The notes beneath the pieces are model-generated. The model did no database searches. It saw nothing but the letters and a program-made list of their open reading frames with translations, and was not told where the DNA came from. Shown piece by piece: positions 12,326-26,476 of a DNA stretch of 64,000 nt. Source of the stretch: Ginglymostoma cirratum. Lineage: Eukaryota. A program made the translations under genes and the position numbers. The stretch spans positions 46,976,936-47,040,935 of the forward strand of contig JAHRHZ010000016.1 of the NCBI GenBank assembly GCA_024137785.1, written 5' to 3'. The number at the start of each line of letters is the position of its first letter. The first letter of the stretch is position 1.

Positions 12326-12570
12326 TCCTCGGGTCTTCTGTTTTTTTGACCAATTTGTATGACCCTTCCTTTGATCTAATGCAATTCATAATTTCGTTTC
12401 TGAGCTATGACCGGGCCAAGCTTTCCTGTTTTTATTTTTGTGCTAAGGAAGGATTTTTTCTTGGCTGAAATCCTTGGTGATCTCTACAGACATCCTGGTA
12501 CTTGTCCGCAGTGTAGTTTTGTGAATGTCTGCCAATAAATTAGGTTCAGATTGCACAAAACTTATTTTAC
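12326..12570 (+). repeat. Local direct duplication, copy 2
   Basis: Colinear with 10529-10778. Confidence 0.85.
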
Positions 12571-15024
12571 TAGGCAAACTTAAACTCATTGGAACCTTCT
12601 ATTGTATTCTCCTTGGCTAATTTATTATTAATGTAAATCTGGAAGATAAAAGGGCTTTGGGTTGGGTACCCTATTCTTTGATGCATTGATAGATGATGCG
12701 TTCATATATTTCTTTGGAAAATTTTTGTATTCTGCTCATAGCTTGCTTTCCAACCTTTTCTGTGTTTACACTTTTTAACTTTTACAACTCATTTTGGTGT
12801 GTTTTCCAAGGTCTGCAATGTGTCTCTTTCTGAAATCGTGATCATTCTGTCCTCACCCCTTGAAAAAGGAGCCTTCAATGAAATGAAGCTCAATAGTGTT
12901 TCTTTTCCTCAGAAAGACCCCTTAATAACTTATTTTGACCCTCGGTTAGATGAGAAACAAAGTTATTGATGTAAAAATTTTTTTTTTTTTGAAGATGAAA
13001 AGGGAGGAAAACAGAAGAACTTTCAAGAAGTGTTTGAAAGAGCAGAGAAGTTGACCCTCTTTTAGAATGGGAGAACAACATTGAGCACTAACCTGGATGG
13101 ACTGGGGTAGTAGTTGATTATGGCTGGAGCAAATAGCTAGAGGAAATTGTTATTGAGATTTGGTAGCAAGAACAATATATCTTAAAATCAACACAATAAG
13201 GGTGACCTAATGGATTCAGAAAGGAATTGTGTATTAAATGATGGAGGGTACAGCTTTTTATGAATTAAAGGGTAAAAGAGGACACTCAGCAGGGTAAAGC
13301 ATTTATGATGTTGATGCTTTAGATGGTTCATTGGTTCCAAAATGTAGGGGAAGCTGTAGGCTTCTGGGGTAGTGGTTTGAAGGTGGAGAATTATGTTTTA
13401 TTAGCTATTATAATTAAGAGAACTTGGGCTTGAGATGATGATTTTGTGTATCATCTTATTCCATGTAACGAGGTGGGTAGGGTGATTTTTGAACAGGAAC
13501 TGGAGAAACAAGTCCTCACATGATCAAAACAGGGCAGCAATGATCCTGTTGAGGTTAAAAATTTCAACACAATATTGACTGTGCATTTCATGGCTCAGTG
13601 CTTACTGATGATGAAGTTAAGGTGTAGCACATTGTTGAAAATGGAAACCAAAGCTAATGCCCAGTCATGTTGCAAGTGGCCACAAATACACAGATGAAGT
13701 TATTTGAGTAGGTATGACTATCAGAACAGTTAACAATGGCTCTGGAGCATGTTTTGTAAAAGTGGAATGTGGAGTAGAAAGGGATGATGAGTGTGGAATG
13801 TATTGGAAACATAGAGGTGATTGCCAGTGAGAGAGCAATGTTCCCTTCTCAGTTTCTGTTTCTTGTCACTGTTTTCAAACATTTTTGTGGCAACCTTCCA
13901 AAAATTTGTACCCTCAATGGCGAAGTTGATACATCTATACTTTTCCAGGAATCCTCTTCTCCCAAGTACCAGACCCGTGTTTCCTGTAAAGAGGAAAAGT
14001 TGTCTTAAGTTAATGAATATAAATGTTGTTCTTGCATTGTGCACTTTATAAACATGTTCTTTATTGGGACCATGCACACACAATCATTTTAATTTAAATG
14101 CTGATGATTGAGTTATGGGTTACCTGTGATCAGTAACTGTTAGGCAAGATGTATAAACCAGAAGTTGTTGTTGAAGGATCTGCAGGAGTTTGGAGCTCTA
14201 AGTTGTAAGTGTTGCCAGTGTCCCTCTTCCTTCTGGCAAACCAAAGTGGAAGTACAAGGGCAACCAAGAAAAAAAAATGCAGAAATTAGGCAGATTTTAT
14301 GTAGAATTTCTAAATTGGTAATTTAGACCTTACTGAGGATGTACTTTTAGAATCTGCTAGTTAAGATTACCTGTCCCAATTAGTTATATGATGCAATTTT
14401 AGATTTTGCTGCATCTGGACGATGGAAGCATTTTGCTTAGGTCCTCGAACCTGTGTTGTATGAATCAGAAATGCTGAAAAGACACAGCAGTTTAGTCAGG
14501 ATCTATGAAATCCCAGAGAATGGTGAAATATAGAAGAAAGGAGTGGAGAGGCGACTGGCAAGCAATTTGGTAGTGTTAAATTGTTTGCGGCATGACTTTG
14601 TTTTACTTTCTTTTCCTATTTTCTTTCACCTTTGTGTGGTTGTTTTCCATGTCTCTTCATTTTGATCTTTTTGTCTTCATTTAACTGATCTTTTAACCTT
14701 CTATTCAGCAGTTTATAGATCGTTCAAATTATTTACTTTGTTTTGGTGATTCTGGTATATGGTGATTTTACATGGGTTTTTTTGTAGCTTTACCAATGTA
14801 CTTGTCTTTGATTTTGGGAAAGGGGACATGTCCAAAACGTCTTAATCCAGCAAATTTTCAATCTTGATGCAAACTAATCTGCAGTGTATTTCCAACATCT
14901 GTAATTTTGCTTTATTTGTTTAAGTGCCATTTGTATATCTTTGTTGCTACCACAGGAGAGACTGATAATTTCTAAAACGTGAAGTCCGTCAAGTCAATCA
15001 AAACTAAGCTTACAAGTTTCAAGG

Positions 15025-16235
15025 CTTTGTGCAGGGAAGGTCATGTCTCTTAAATTGATTGAGTTTTTTGAGGAGGTGAAAAAGATAATTGATGTTATCT
15101 ATATGGACTTTAGCAAGGCCTTTGACAAGGTACCTCCTGGCAGGCTGATACAAGAGATGAAATCACATGGGATGAACTGGCAAGGTGGATTCAGAACTGG
15201 CATAATCATAGAAGACAGAGTAACAGCGCTGGAAGGGTGTTTTTCAAATTGGAGCTCTGTGACCAGTGGTGTTCCACACAGATCAGTGCTGGAATCCCTG
15301 TCATTTGTAATATATGTAAATGATTTGGAGGAGAGTGTAGGTAGCCTGATCGGTAAGTTTATGGAAACACAAAGATTGAGGGAGCTTCAGATAATGAAGA
15401 GAATTTCCAAAGGATACAGCAGGATGGAGATAGGCTAGAGACTTAGGCGGAGTTCAATCTAGGCACATAAAAGGAGATGCATTTTGGGAGATCTAATCCA
15501 GGTGGAAAGTATCCAGTAAATGGCAGAACCCTTAGATTCCTCTGTATGTTGCTGCTACTAGGTGTACAGGTCCAAAGTTCCCTGAAAGTGACAACGCAAG
15601 TAGATAAGGTGATCAAGAAAGCATATGTCATGCTTGCCTTCAGTCAGGGCATTAAAGAATAGAAATTGGCAAGTCATGTTGCAGCTGAATAAAACTCTAG
15701 TTCGGTCACATTAGGAAAATTGTATATAGTCCAGGTAGTCACACTACCAGAAGGACGTAGAGGCTTTGGAGAGGGTACAGGAACGGTTTACCAGGATGTT
15801 GCTTGGTTTGGAGGGTACTAGCTATGAGGAGAGATTAGACAAACTTCATCTTTTTTCACTGGAATGTCAAAAGATGAGGGGTGACCTGATAGAAGTTTAC
15901 AAAGTTATGAAAGGCATGGATAGAACGGATAGTCAGAATCTTTTCTTAGGGTAGAAATTTCAGTCGCTAAGGGAGTAATTTTAAAGGAGATGAGAGAGGC
16001 AGGATTTTTACACAGAGGATGGTAAGTGGCTGGAATACACTGTCAGAGGAGGAGGTGGAGGCAGATTCAGTTGGAACATCTAAGAGGCGTTTGCCAGATA
16101 TATGAATAGGCAGGGAATAGAGGGATACTGACAGCAGGAGGGAAAAGGATTTTACTTTAGAAAGGCATCATGTGTCACTGCAGTCTTGGTGGGCCAGAGG
16201 GCCTGTTCCTGTACTGTACTGTTCTTTGTACTGTC
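15025..16235 (+). mobile_element. CR1 LINE RT and 3' UTR
   Basis: ORFs DVIYMDFSKAFDKVP, VTSGVP, ERVQERFTRML...GDLIEVYKVM; tail ctgtactgtactgttctttgt. Confidence 0.9.
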
Positions 16236-16354
16236 TCTAGATTTCCAAGTGCTGCACATCAGTTCCAGAGCAGGAGGAGCCTGATTAAGGCAGTAAAATT
16301 AAATCTGAACAGAAAGCTGAGACCAACACCATTTCAAGATGGTTAACACTTGAG

Positions 16355-16572
16355 TAAAAGGGAAAGTTGCCATAGTCTTACCAGACTATAGGGCTGCTCT
16401 GTCTCGTTAGAGAGAGAGAGAGAACTGGTGGTTTCACCTGAGGGTTGTCAAGCCTGAGGGGAGGGGGTGAGAAGACGAATCCTTCACTGTAATCTCAGCC
16501 AGTGCAGGAATGAATCCACACTGTCTTGTCATACTTTGCTTTCCAAGCCAGTTGTCCAGCCTAACTCTGCTG
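16355..16572 (-). mobile_element. Probable tRNA-derived SINE
   Basis: Reverse complement begins with a tRNA-like head (agttaggctgga...ggattcattcctgcactggctg); short (AG)n run near the other end. Confidence 0.45.
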
Positions 16573-19004
16573 AGCGGGGATGGTCTAAAACTAAGTTGCC
16601 AAGAGGATGTGAACATTAGGATGAAATATTAGAGGAAGAAACATGGTGTCCAGTGAACTAGGAGTGACAAATTGTACTAGTTCACAAGGGGTCAGGCAGA
16701 TTAAGATCCAAGTGTATTTGTGTAAATGCAGTTAGTGTAGCAAATAAAGTTGCTAGGATTTAGACATATGTCACCACATTGTACTATATTAGAATGGGAT
16801 AACAGAGACCTGGTTCAAAGAAACAGTCTGTTGGGAATGTAATATTCATGGCGTCAAGGCATTTGGGAAAGATAGATTAAGAGAAGAGAAGGTGGCAATA
16901 TTGATTTAAATGAATTATTATAGCATTGTACTGTGGCAGGGTGAGCAAGTCCTGCAAAATGTTTGAGATACATCAGCATGTGCATTGGCAAGGACAGAAA
17001 ACCAGGCTAATAAACATAAGATAAGAATACCACTGCCAGATGACCTGTCATGGATCAAATGATAAAGGGAGGGAGGGATCAGGCAGAAGAGTAGCTTTAA
17101 GGCTAGTCAGGTCAACCCTGACCTTATTGAATGGCGTAGCAGTCTTGCAAGGCCGATTGGCCTCCTCCATATTTTGTTCCTTTATGTTTTTAACATTTTT
17201 GCTTTAATGGTGCCAGAGAAAACTGTGTCATTACTGGGAGACTGGAGAAGCTCAGGTTGTTTTCTTTAGAGCAGGGAGGTTGATAGGAAATTTAATAGAA
17301 GTCATCATTCTGAAAAGCTATCTGGCATCTGAAGGGCTGTCAACACGAGGATGTGGGTTTAAGCTGGTTTGCGAAAAAAACAGAGGGTACCCGAGGAAAC
17401 AGTGATAACGATAAATTGATTGCTTTTTCACTTATTCCAAACCTCATAAAGAGTCTCTTTCAAAATCAAAATTCTTGACTATTTAGTAGTCCTTATTAAG
17501 TCTCTGCTCCAGTGGCAGTAATCCCAATTTCTAAAAACACTTCCTCAACTGTAGTATCTCATCTAAGATATCTAAAACATAAATTGTCCATTTGTTTTGG
17601 TGGTGCTTGTCAATCATCTCACTTAACAAGGATCTTACAGAATTCACTGCTAGTTCTCAAATATTGCAGAGGTATCTTGGAGCAAATATAAGAAGAATTT
17701 TAATGTCTTAGTTCCAACATTGCAGCTGTTCTTCTGTATTGAACTGAACTGGTAGATTATTGTTTTTAAGTATCTAGGTTAAGTCTGCTCCCATGACCTC
17801 TTGACTCAGGTGAAAGCCGTGTCGATTAAGCCAACCTGGTACTTGAAGGATATACACACCTTGTGTTATTTCTCCAACTGGCTAATTAAAATGAATTAAA
17901 TACATTTAAGGGTACATTTAGGATACCTTGATCTTGCAGATTCTTTCTTGATTATCTTGAGATCATGAAAGGAATTCCTTCGTTATTCTTGAATTTACTC
18001 CAGATTTTTCTATCTAGGCAGATTGCTTAGGGGAGAAGAATGGCCCGTGTTGTCTAATTGGAAAGGTTTGTTAAGGCCTGATGGTCTGTTCTCACATTTT
18101 ACCATGTGCTTATCATTGATATACAGTGTGTTCTAAGGTATATTGACAATTTCAAATTATAAACAAATAAAACTTGGAATAGACCAAATTGTGGTAGTTC
18201 TAATTAAATAATCTACATTTTGCTATGATTACTAAAGGCAGTTTTTTTTCCACTGAGCTAAGATTCTGGTTGCACTGATGTTCACAATGTTTGTAAGAGT
18301 TGAATAATTAGAGAGAAAAGTTTTTAATTTAACCATCCATTATTTGTCAATTGCCTGCACAAAAGCCATGCTCCAGATGTCGTACCTGACAGCAACTTCA
18401 CTATTGCAACTGTTTTCAGTGTCATTGGCCACCATTTTCCTATTTTACTGTGGACTAGGTACACACATCCAGGAGATTGACTCCGTGGCTAATTCAGTGT
18501 ACAGAAGTTGTGGCATTTTTGATAAAACTGTTCTAATGCCAATTTCATTGTGTTAGATATCTTAGTTCAATAGGTCAAATCGCTAATAAACAGAATTCAT
18601 CTTTTTTGCAGCAGAGGCACTGTTAGTCCTTGTTTGTGAGTAGCACCGTTCAAGTTATCAAAGATCACGCTGATGTTTCAGAGGTGTACCTCAGTTGTCT
18701 CAGTATCCACAGAAAATATTTATTCATGCCTATTCATGAAATGTATTCATTAACATAATTTCACGTTACTTTGCACACCCAAAAGTGAACACCATTGCCA
18801 GCAGCATTTACCCATATTAGTACACTGAATACAGCAAAATGAAACATCAGGTGGCATTATAATCTGTTGGATACAAAAATGATTTTAATTGTGTGATTGT
18901 AGTCGGCTAATGTCAATAGGGTACTTCTGTGTACAAATAGAATTTGTAATGACGGTTCTGATCACTGCCTTTGGCAGTTTAATACCTACACCTAGTTCTA
19001 TGAA

Positions 19005-19790
19005 ACATGATGTAAGAGTGAGCCATTTGGTCCTTCGAGCCTGCTCTGCCGTTCAATGTGATCGTGGCTGATCCTCTATCCCAAACCATATTCCTGCTTT
19101 TTCCGCAATCACTTGATGCCTTTAAGATCTAAAAATGTGTATATCTCTCTCTTGAATATATTCACAGACTTGACCTCCACAGCCTTTTATGACAGGGAAT
19201 GCAGCAGGTTCACTAACTACCACGACACGCATGCACATTTTCAAACACCGCCCCCACACTGTCTTCCATATCTTGAGATTGCCTCAACAGGAAAACATCC
19301 TCCCTGCCTCCAGTCTGTCCAGCCCTGTTAAAATTTGATGTTTCAATCAGCTCCCCTCTCATCCTTCTAACCATTACTGGTTACAGGCCCAATCAAACCA
19401 TTCTTTGCACGTAGGATAGTCCTTTCATCCTCTGTATCAGCCAAGTGAATTTCTGCTGCACTCCTTCGATGGCAAGTTGTACCCTTAAGCAGAGAGACCA
19501 AGACCTGCACACGCTACTCTGGGGTGTGGTCTTACCAAGGCCTTTTATACTGCAGAAAGCCATCATTACTTCTGAAATTAATCATTTTGTAATGAATGCC
19601 ACTATACTCTTTACCTTTCTTATTGCTCACTACATTAGCCTGTCTACTTTCATTTGACAGGTGTACAAAGACACCGAGATAGATCCCTCTGTACATCTAC
19701 ACTTCCCAATATAGCACTGTTTAAATAATACTTTTCCTTTCTGTTTTCTGACCTATGTATAACTTCACATTGTATCGCACCTGCCATGTA
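19005..19790 (-). mobile_element. CR1 LINE 3' fragment, decayed
   Basis: gccatttggtccttcgagcctgctctgccgttcaatgtgatcgtggctgatc CR1-tail signature on the minus strand. Confidence 0.75.
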
Positions 19791-21344
19791 ATTTGGGCAA
19801 GTGGGCAAACACCTTGAAATCTCCTTCGAACTCTCTATTCTGAAACAGGATTGAAAAGATTCATGAGGATGAACTCTAAGTTATGAGAAAATGCTGTATG
19901 ATCTTGGGGTTTATTAGCCTTTAAAGCATCTGAAAGGCAGTGTTGTTAGTAGGGATAAAAATGCTAGTAAACAGGATAAAAATAAAGGTTAAGATGTTTA
20001 AACTGAGAGTAGGATTTGTGTACAAGCTAGCGAAAGGCAAATCAAGAGCTGATAATGAGACATGCTTCAAGAACGCTTTGAACTATTAGTGCTTAGACTG
20101 ATTGGATTGAACAGGTATGTTGCCTTGTAAAATCAATGTATTTTTGAATGTGGTAATCTGCTCGTATTTACAGACATAGAGAAGCTCATAATAAGATGTA
20201 TCTTTGGGCCTTTTACACCGAATGTCTCACCTGGAGGAATTGTTCTCATTACCACAAATTAATCCAAGCTCAGAAGGCATGAGAACCCCAAGCTGTAATG
20301 TACCGTTGCTTACAACAATTAAGAGTTTATCCAGTTACTCTCTCGTTTGTATTGCCTATTTCAATGTAAAACTAGACTACCTACCGTGACTTAAACTTGT
20401 GAATTTTCCATGACTCTCAACTCCTAGCCAAGTTTGCACTCGTTACTTAGTGGTTCGTCTCTCAAGATTCTTAAGACATGAGTCATATAGAATTTGCTAC
20501 TTAATTCTTCATTGTAAGCAATTATTTTGGTAAATAATATATGAAGAACCTTGTCCTGATTTAAGTAGTGAATGTATGCTATTTTCTTCTCAGTGTTCCT
20601 GAAAATGTAGAAATTGATAATGTTGAGGTCTGGTGGGTCTAATTGCAGGTCAAGCAAGATAGTTAGAATTTTTGAGTGGAGCGTGAGGATGTGCATCACT
20701 ATTTTGAAAAATAAAGTGAAGTCAGGCATAAACACTAAGCGCATGAAGTGATTGGGAGCAAGACCAATGCTATTGAACATGTATCCTTGAGCAAGATAAG
20801 ACTAGGATAATTTGTTTTGCAAAGAAATGTCCCCTTTTGAGTGATCTGTTCTTCAAAAATTGCCTAAAGCTGAAAATAAATTATTTGAATACCCGTTGCT
20901 TCAGTATTTCATACACTCTGGACAGTTCATAACATTGTCTTTAAGTGTGACTACAGTAGTTTAGACTGAATGTTATACATAGTGATGGATGAGGTGACTT
21001 CATACAAAAGTTTTAATTGCAGGTTTCAGAGGTGTATATTTAAATGCAAACATAAAGCTACATGATATGTATTTATAGTCAGATTGGCCCAGTTAATTCA
21101 GAGCAGTGTTTCTAATTGAAAATAATTGCTTTGTGCAGTACAATTAATTTATGTAATATTTCAGACAGTCAATGTATTTTCTTTGATTTCAAGCTGAAGT
21201 AAGTAGTTTTTGGTTAGAAGACTGTGTGCAATGACAGATCAAGATACCATTCTAGGCCATTCTGTTTGAAAGCCAAGCTATTCTATGAGCTGTAAGACAC
21301 TGGGAGTCCTGATCAAAATTCTTTCAGGCAGAAGTTCTCACATG

Positions 21345-24337
21345 CTCCAGAAGCTTGTGTCATTTCACATAAACCTGTTGGACTATAGCCTGATGTTGTG
21401 TGATTTCTGACCATGTCCACTCCAGTCCAACACCGGCACCTCCATATCATGACTACCGTCAACACCACAAACTGCCGGCTCAAAGTAGAGGATTTCCAAG
21501 AAGGCCGCAAGTATCGACACATATCAAGTTTCTGCAGAAATACAAGAAAGCAGGGAAGATCCCAAAAGGACTACAGATCATGAACGCACTCAAGTCGACC
21601 TACAACACAGACTATGTCAAGAGACTCTACCGTCGCACCTCTTGCACACATCTCAATCATCTTGTACACCCACTCTACAGCAGAGGCCACAACCTTGAAA
21701 CCGGGAACGATCCATATTCTCAACTTGCACTCAACATGCAGCAGTACAGTTACAAGTCACCGCCTTGCAGATGAGGCAACAAAACTACACCACCTACATG
21801 CACACTAAGAACAAGAAACTGGAGCATCTTGGTCACCACCAGCAGTAGCCAAGCTCCCCTTGGTATCACAGTTGAGGTCGGTACCACCACAGGGAAATCC
21901 ATCGTCAGTTTATCTGACCTCGCCCTTCAACTGGACAAAATTGAAATTCTAAGCCCCACTATCAAAATGGACCTCATTGGTCTCGCAGCAGACACAGGAA
22001 TTCATCAGGCAAATGAGACTCTGGGAATTCTTTCACAAATCCCAAGATGTCAGCAGTGAGCCCAATGAGACAACCACTGAACTGGAACAGTCAACAGAGA
22101 TGCGTGGTGCAGTGACCAAAGGAGGAGTCGAGTTGGACCCCTCTGGAAGGCCGTTGCCCTCGGGTCGACATGTTCAAGCCATCAAGAGATGTGTTAACAC
22201 CAGATTCATCAGTCGCTCTCTCAATGTAGCGCAAAACGGCACTCAAGCATAATGCAACGCCATCCATGCTCTCCAGACCATTCGCAACATTGTCATCAAA
22301 CCAGCAGACAAATAAGGAGCCATTGTCATACAGAATAGGACAAACTACTGCAAGGCGGTATACAGATAACTGAACAACCAGGAATGCTATAGACAGTTAC
22401 CAGCTATGTTGAGGGCATCTTGAAACCCATTGTACAAGGAACTCTCAGCTTCTGCTGCGACACTGCAGACTTCTTACAGAAACTCACCACCCACGGACCA
22501 GTCAAACCAGGAACATTCCTCGTCACAGTGGATGTTTCGGCACTGTATACTAGCATACCCCACAACGATGGCATCGCTGCAACAGCCTCAGTACTCAATA
22601 CCAACAACTGTCAATTTCCAGACACCATCCCACAATTAATCCACTTCATTCTCAAGCACAGTGTCTTCACGTTAGACAACCAGTTCTTCACTCAGACGCG
22701 TGGAACAGTCATGGGGACTAAATTTCCCAATATACCAACGTTTTGTGCACAATTTCGAGCAAGACTTATTTGCTGTACAGGACCTCCGACCAGTGGTATA
22801 CACCAGACACATTGATGACACTTTCTTCCTTTTGGATTCATAGCAAGTCATCACTGAATAACCACTTAGCGATATCAATGAGTTTCATCCCACCATCGGA
22901 CTTACCTAGGACTACTCTTCAGAATCAGTCTCATTCTTGGACACACGTATCTCCTATCAAGGACCGACACCTCAGTACTTCACTCGACTGCAAGCCCACG
23001 GATAACTTCCCGATGCTGCATTTCTCTAGCTTCCACCCTAAACGTATTAAAGATGCCATCCCCATGGGCAAGCCCTGCATATACACAGGATCTACTCAGA
23101 TGAGAAGGAACGCGACAGACACCTGAAGGCTCTGAAGGATGCCCTCATAAGAATAGGATATGATGTTCAACTCATCGATCACACGTTCCAATGTGCCACA
23201 GCGAAAAAACACAATGACATCCTCAGAAGATGGACGCAGGATATGACTGATAGAGTACCCTTTGTCATCAAGCGCTCCACCCTTCAGCGTGTCGTTGATG
23301 ACTATGAGCACATTGCCAAGACCTTCCCTACGCCTCCACCTCTCGCCTTCAAACAACTGCCAAACTTTAAATAGACCATTGTTCGCAGCAAACTATCCAG
23401 TCTTCAGGACAACATCGACCGCAACACCGCACAACCTGCCGTGGCAACCTCTGCAAGGCATGTCAGGTCATGGATACTGCCATCACACGTGGGAGCATCA
23501 CCTGCCACATACACAGCAGATACTCCTGTGACTTGGCCAATGTTGTGTATCCCATACGCTGCAGGCAAGCCTGCCCCGAGGCATTTTATATTGGTGAGAC
23601 TATGCAGACGCTATGACAACGGATGAATGGACACTGTGCAAGGATCTCCAGACAGGAATGTTCCCTCCTATTTGGGCTACACTTCAGCGGTCAAGGGCAT
23701 TCACACTCACTCCAGTCTTTGGTTAAGCATCCTATAAGGTGCTCTTCAAGGTACATAATAACGCAGAATCACCAAGCAGAGACCGATAGCCAAGTTTCAT
23801 ATCCAAGAAGATTGCATCTTGGCTTCATGTTGAGCTACAGGTGACCCCGCCATACTGTTCTGTATCTGTAGAATCGTCTTTACTGTCCTGTTTTGACAGC
23901 ATTACTTTGATAAGTTATGATCTCTCCACCTTAATTAGTTTGTACAGTATTGAATTACGTATTACTTTGGTTTTCGACCCTTGGCATATGACTGTTATAC
24001 CCAGCACGTCATTCCAGTCGTTTAGTTTGTTTCCAGAATCACGTTTTTAATATTTTGTAATTACATCTTGTGCCTCACTTAATCGGATTAGAGGTCATTC
24101 CTTCGGTGTTCATTCAGCTGTTGACGCTTTACTCACCATCTAATACTCTTGGTCAACTACAGAGACTTATCACTCACACCAGTTGTATGATGGTTTGATC
24201 TGTTTGTCCTTGAACTCTCTGCCTATAAACTCTGGGTTTGTGGGTGCTGCTCTCTCGCTGCACCTGATGAAGGGGCTGTGCTGCGAAAGCTTGTCATTTC
24301 AAATAAACCTGTTGGACTTATAATCTGGTGTCACGTG
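21345..24337 (+). mobile_element. Penelope-like retroelement, near full length, frameshifted (RT and GIY-YIG endonuclease) with direct terminal repeat
   Basis: RT motifs FLVTVDVSALYTSIPHNDGI, QTRGTVMGTKF and HIDDTFF. GIY-YIG NVVYPIRC...FYIGETMQTL at ~23539-23615. Repeat aagcttgt..catttca.ataaacctgttggact at ~21351-21385 and ~24287-24320. Confidence 0.9.
24261..24295 (+). ncRNA. Degenerate minimal hammerhead ribozyme motif in Penelope 3' repeat
   Basis: CAC-CTGATGA-A-GGGGC-TGT-GCTGC-GAAAGCTT-GT; one mismatch in stem II; palindromic stem III (AGCT). Confidence 0.6.
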
Positions 24338-24699
24338 AATGCAAACTAAATTGCAAGCACCTGCTGCAAGAGTTTCCTTTAAAAAAATCCTTTTTTTAGA
24401 AAATATTTTTTGCTTTGAAAGGAGATTCCTTTGCTTTTGATGTGACTTGCCAACCCCACACTTTTCCCATTTATATTGGATAGTGTGTGGCAAACTGTTC
24501 TTTGAAGTCCAAACTAGGGGATGCAGTTTCATATCCTTAAGCATGATTGAGCTGCTTCGGTCTTCAACAGTTTGATGGCTTCTCATGGTCGTTTGTTTTC
24601 CCCTTGTACTAAGTTGTCAGTCAGCCCATGCAAAGACACCAACATTAACTGAATTTTACTTTACTATTTCATGGAATAATTAAGAGCTCCTGGAACGTG

Positions 24700-24895
24700 C
24701 TACTCCAGAAAATTGTGGATGCTCATTTGATGAATATATCCAAGATTAATGTTGGTCAGATTTTTGAGCGCTAAGGGAATTGGGAATTGTGGGAAATGGT
24801 GGGAGAATGGGTGTTGATGCGGAAGTTCAGCCATGATCTTGTGAAATGGCGGAGCATTCTCAAGAGCCCATATGGCCTACTATTTCTTATGTCCT
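24700..24895 (+). mobile_element. CR1 3' end, decayed
   Basis: cagccatgatcttgtgaaatggcggagca...ggcctactatttcttatg CR1 tail. Confidence 0.7.
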
Positions 24896-25669
24896 TACAA
24901 TAACATTTGAGTTCTCAACCTCTATGTTGCTGCAGCACCATCGCGACCCATAATTGTTAAAGATGTGATCTTACACGTTCTACATGCCAGGGATTCAAAT
25001 ATATAGAACTCAACGTATATCCTTCTCTAAAGCTCTTCACCCCCTTTTTCTGTCTCCATGTATCGTGCTCTCCCTCTTTCTTACTCTGACTTTCTCTCTT
25101 GCTTTACTGTCTATAAATTCCTTCAATTACCATACACTGAATGGGCATTGGCGACTTTGTAGTTCTGTATTGGTCCACGGCAACCCTTGGCAAGGGGCTA
25201 CAGTAGCTTATCATTGTGTTTTTGAAGGTGGCTGGCCTGGAATCTCTGTCAATCTTAATTGTCAAAGCCATATCAGAAGATTTTACAGGTTGATAACCTG
25301 TTGGCAGCATTATTAACTCAGTTTCAATAGCCATTAAAGCCCTGAAATGTAACCTGAGCTTATGATCCAGGAATAATGCCACAGTATGACAAGAACTTAC
25401 CCACAATATGGGATTGATTTGATGCGATATGACTCTAGAATAGAGTCTGTGTCTCAGGCAGTGAGTGTGCTACCACTAAATCAAGGCTGGAGTAACAACT
25501 GCATTGCCAGTACCTGGTTTTGATTTTGTTTTATAGCATTGCTAGGGAATTAAAGTACTAATAGGAAAAGGTGAAATTGATAGCTGGGATCACATTTAAT
25601 GTTAATACATATACATTACAACCCTGTTTTCACACCATTCTCTCTAGGTAAAATCTGTTTTATCTCATT

Positions 25670-25853
25670 ATGGAAAATGCTGCTAATGAAGATGGAGGAA
25701 ATGATCAGGCTGACTCTCAGTCTTCTAATGAAGATCAGCGCAGGCGTCAGTCAGACCGCCTGGATCGGGAAGAGGCCTTCTATCATTTTGTCAATAACCT
25801 GAGTGAAGAGGAGTACAGGCTGATGAGGGATAATAACCTATTTGGTACACCAG
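25670..25853 (+). CDS. RLIM: RLIM/RNF12 first coding exon (exon begins 25648 with 22 nt of 5' UTR)
   Basis: [10 protein letters not shown]...[33 protein letters not shown] matches the RLIM N-terminus. Acceptor ctctag|25648; phase-1 donor CAG|GTGGGC at 25853/25854. Confidence 0.95.
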
Positions 25854-26476
25854 GTGGGCAAACTTAAAAATAAATGAATATCCGTATTTTCTGAGAAACT
25901 ATAATGAAGATATGAAAATATGTCACTCCCTCACTGAGTTTTGTGCTGTATCGTGATATCCAGATAGGAGATATAATTTTAGGCTTTGTTTTTACTGGAA
26001 CACTCGATGGAGGTTGATCTTCCTCTATTATTGAATTGTTATCTTACATTAAGGAGGTTCAAGTATAGGCAGGTGTTTGTGTTACTATGGGTAGAATCAC
26101 TCAATCACATTGAGTGCTTTTGTTAATGGTTAATCGATGTGAAGAATAGCTAGCTTTATAGGTTTGCATGTGTTCTTCAGCAAAATTGTAGGTTTTTATT
26201 AGTTACAGATTCCATTCCGAATACTTTGAATAATCAAAAATACTGAGAATTTTCAATTGAAGTAGACCTGTAGAATGCTTTAAATTTTCATAATTTTGCG
26301 AGAGAGCTGGGACACAGCATTTTCTTTTTCCCCTTTTTAATCCTAATATTGTTTGTGAATGCGCAATACTGTCATTCCCATGGCATTGCTTATACCAAAG
26401 CGGATATTGCAAAGAAACAATCCAGGATGGATAAAAAGGAGAGTGATTTTTCTTTTGTCCTGGGAAGTAGTATCGA

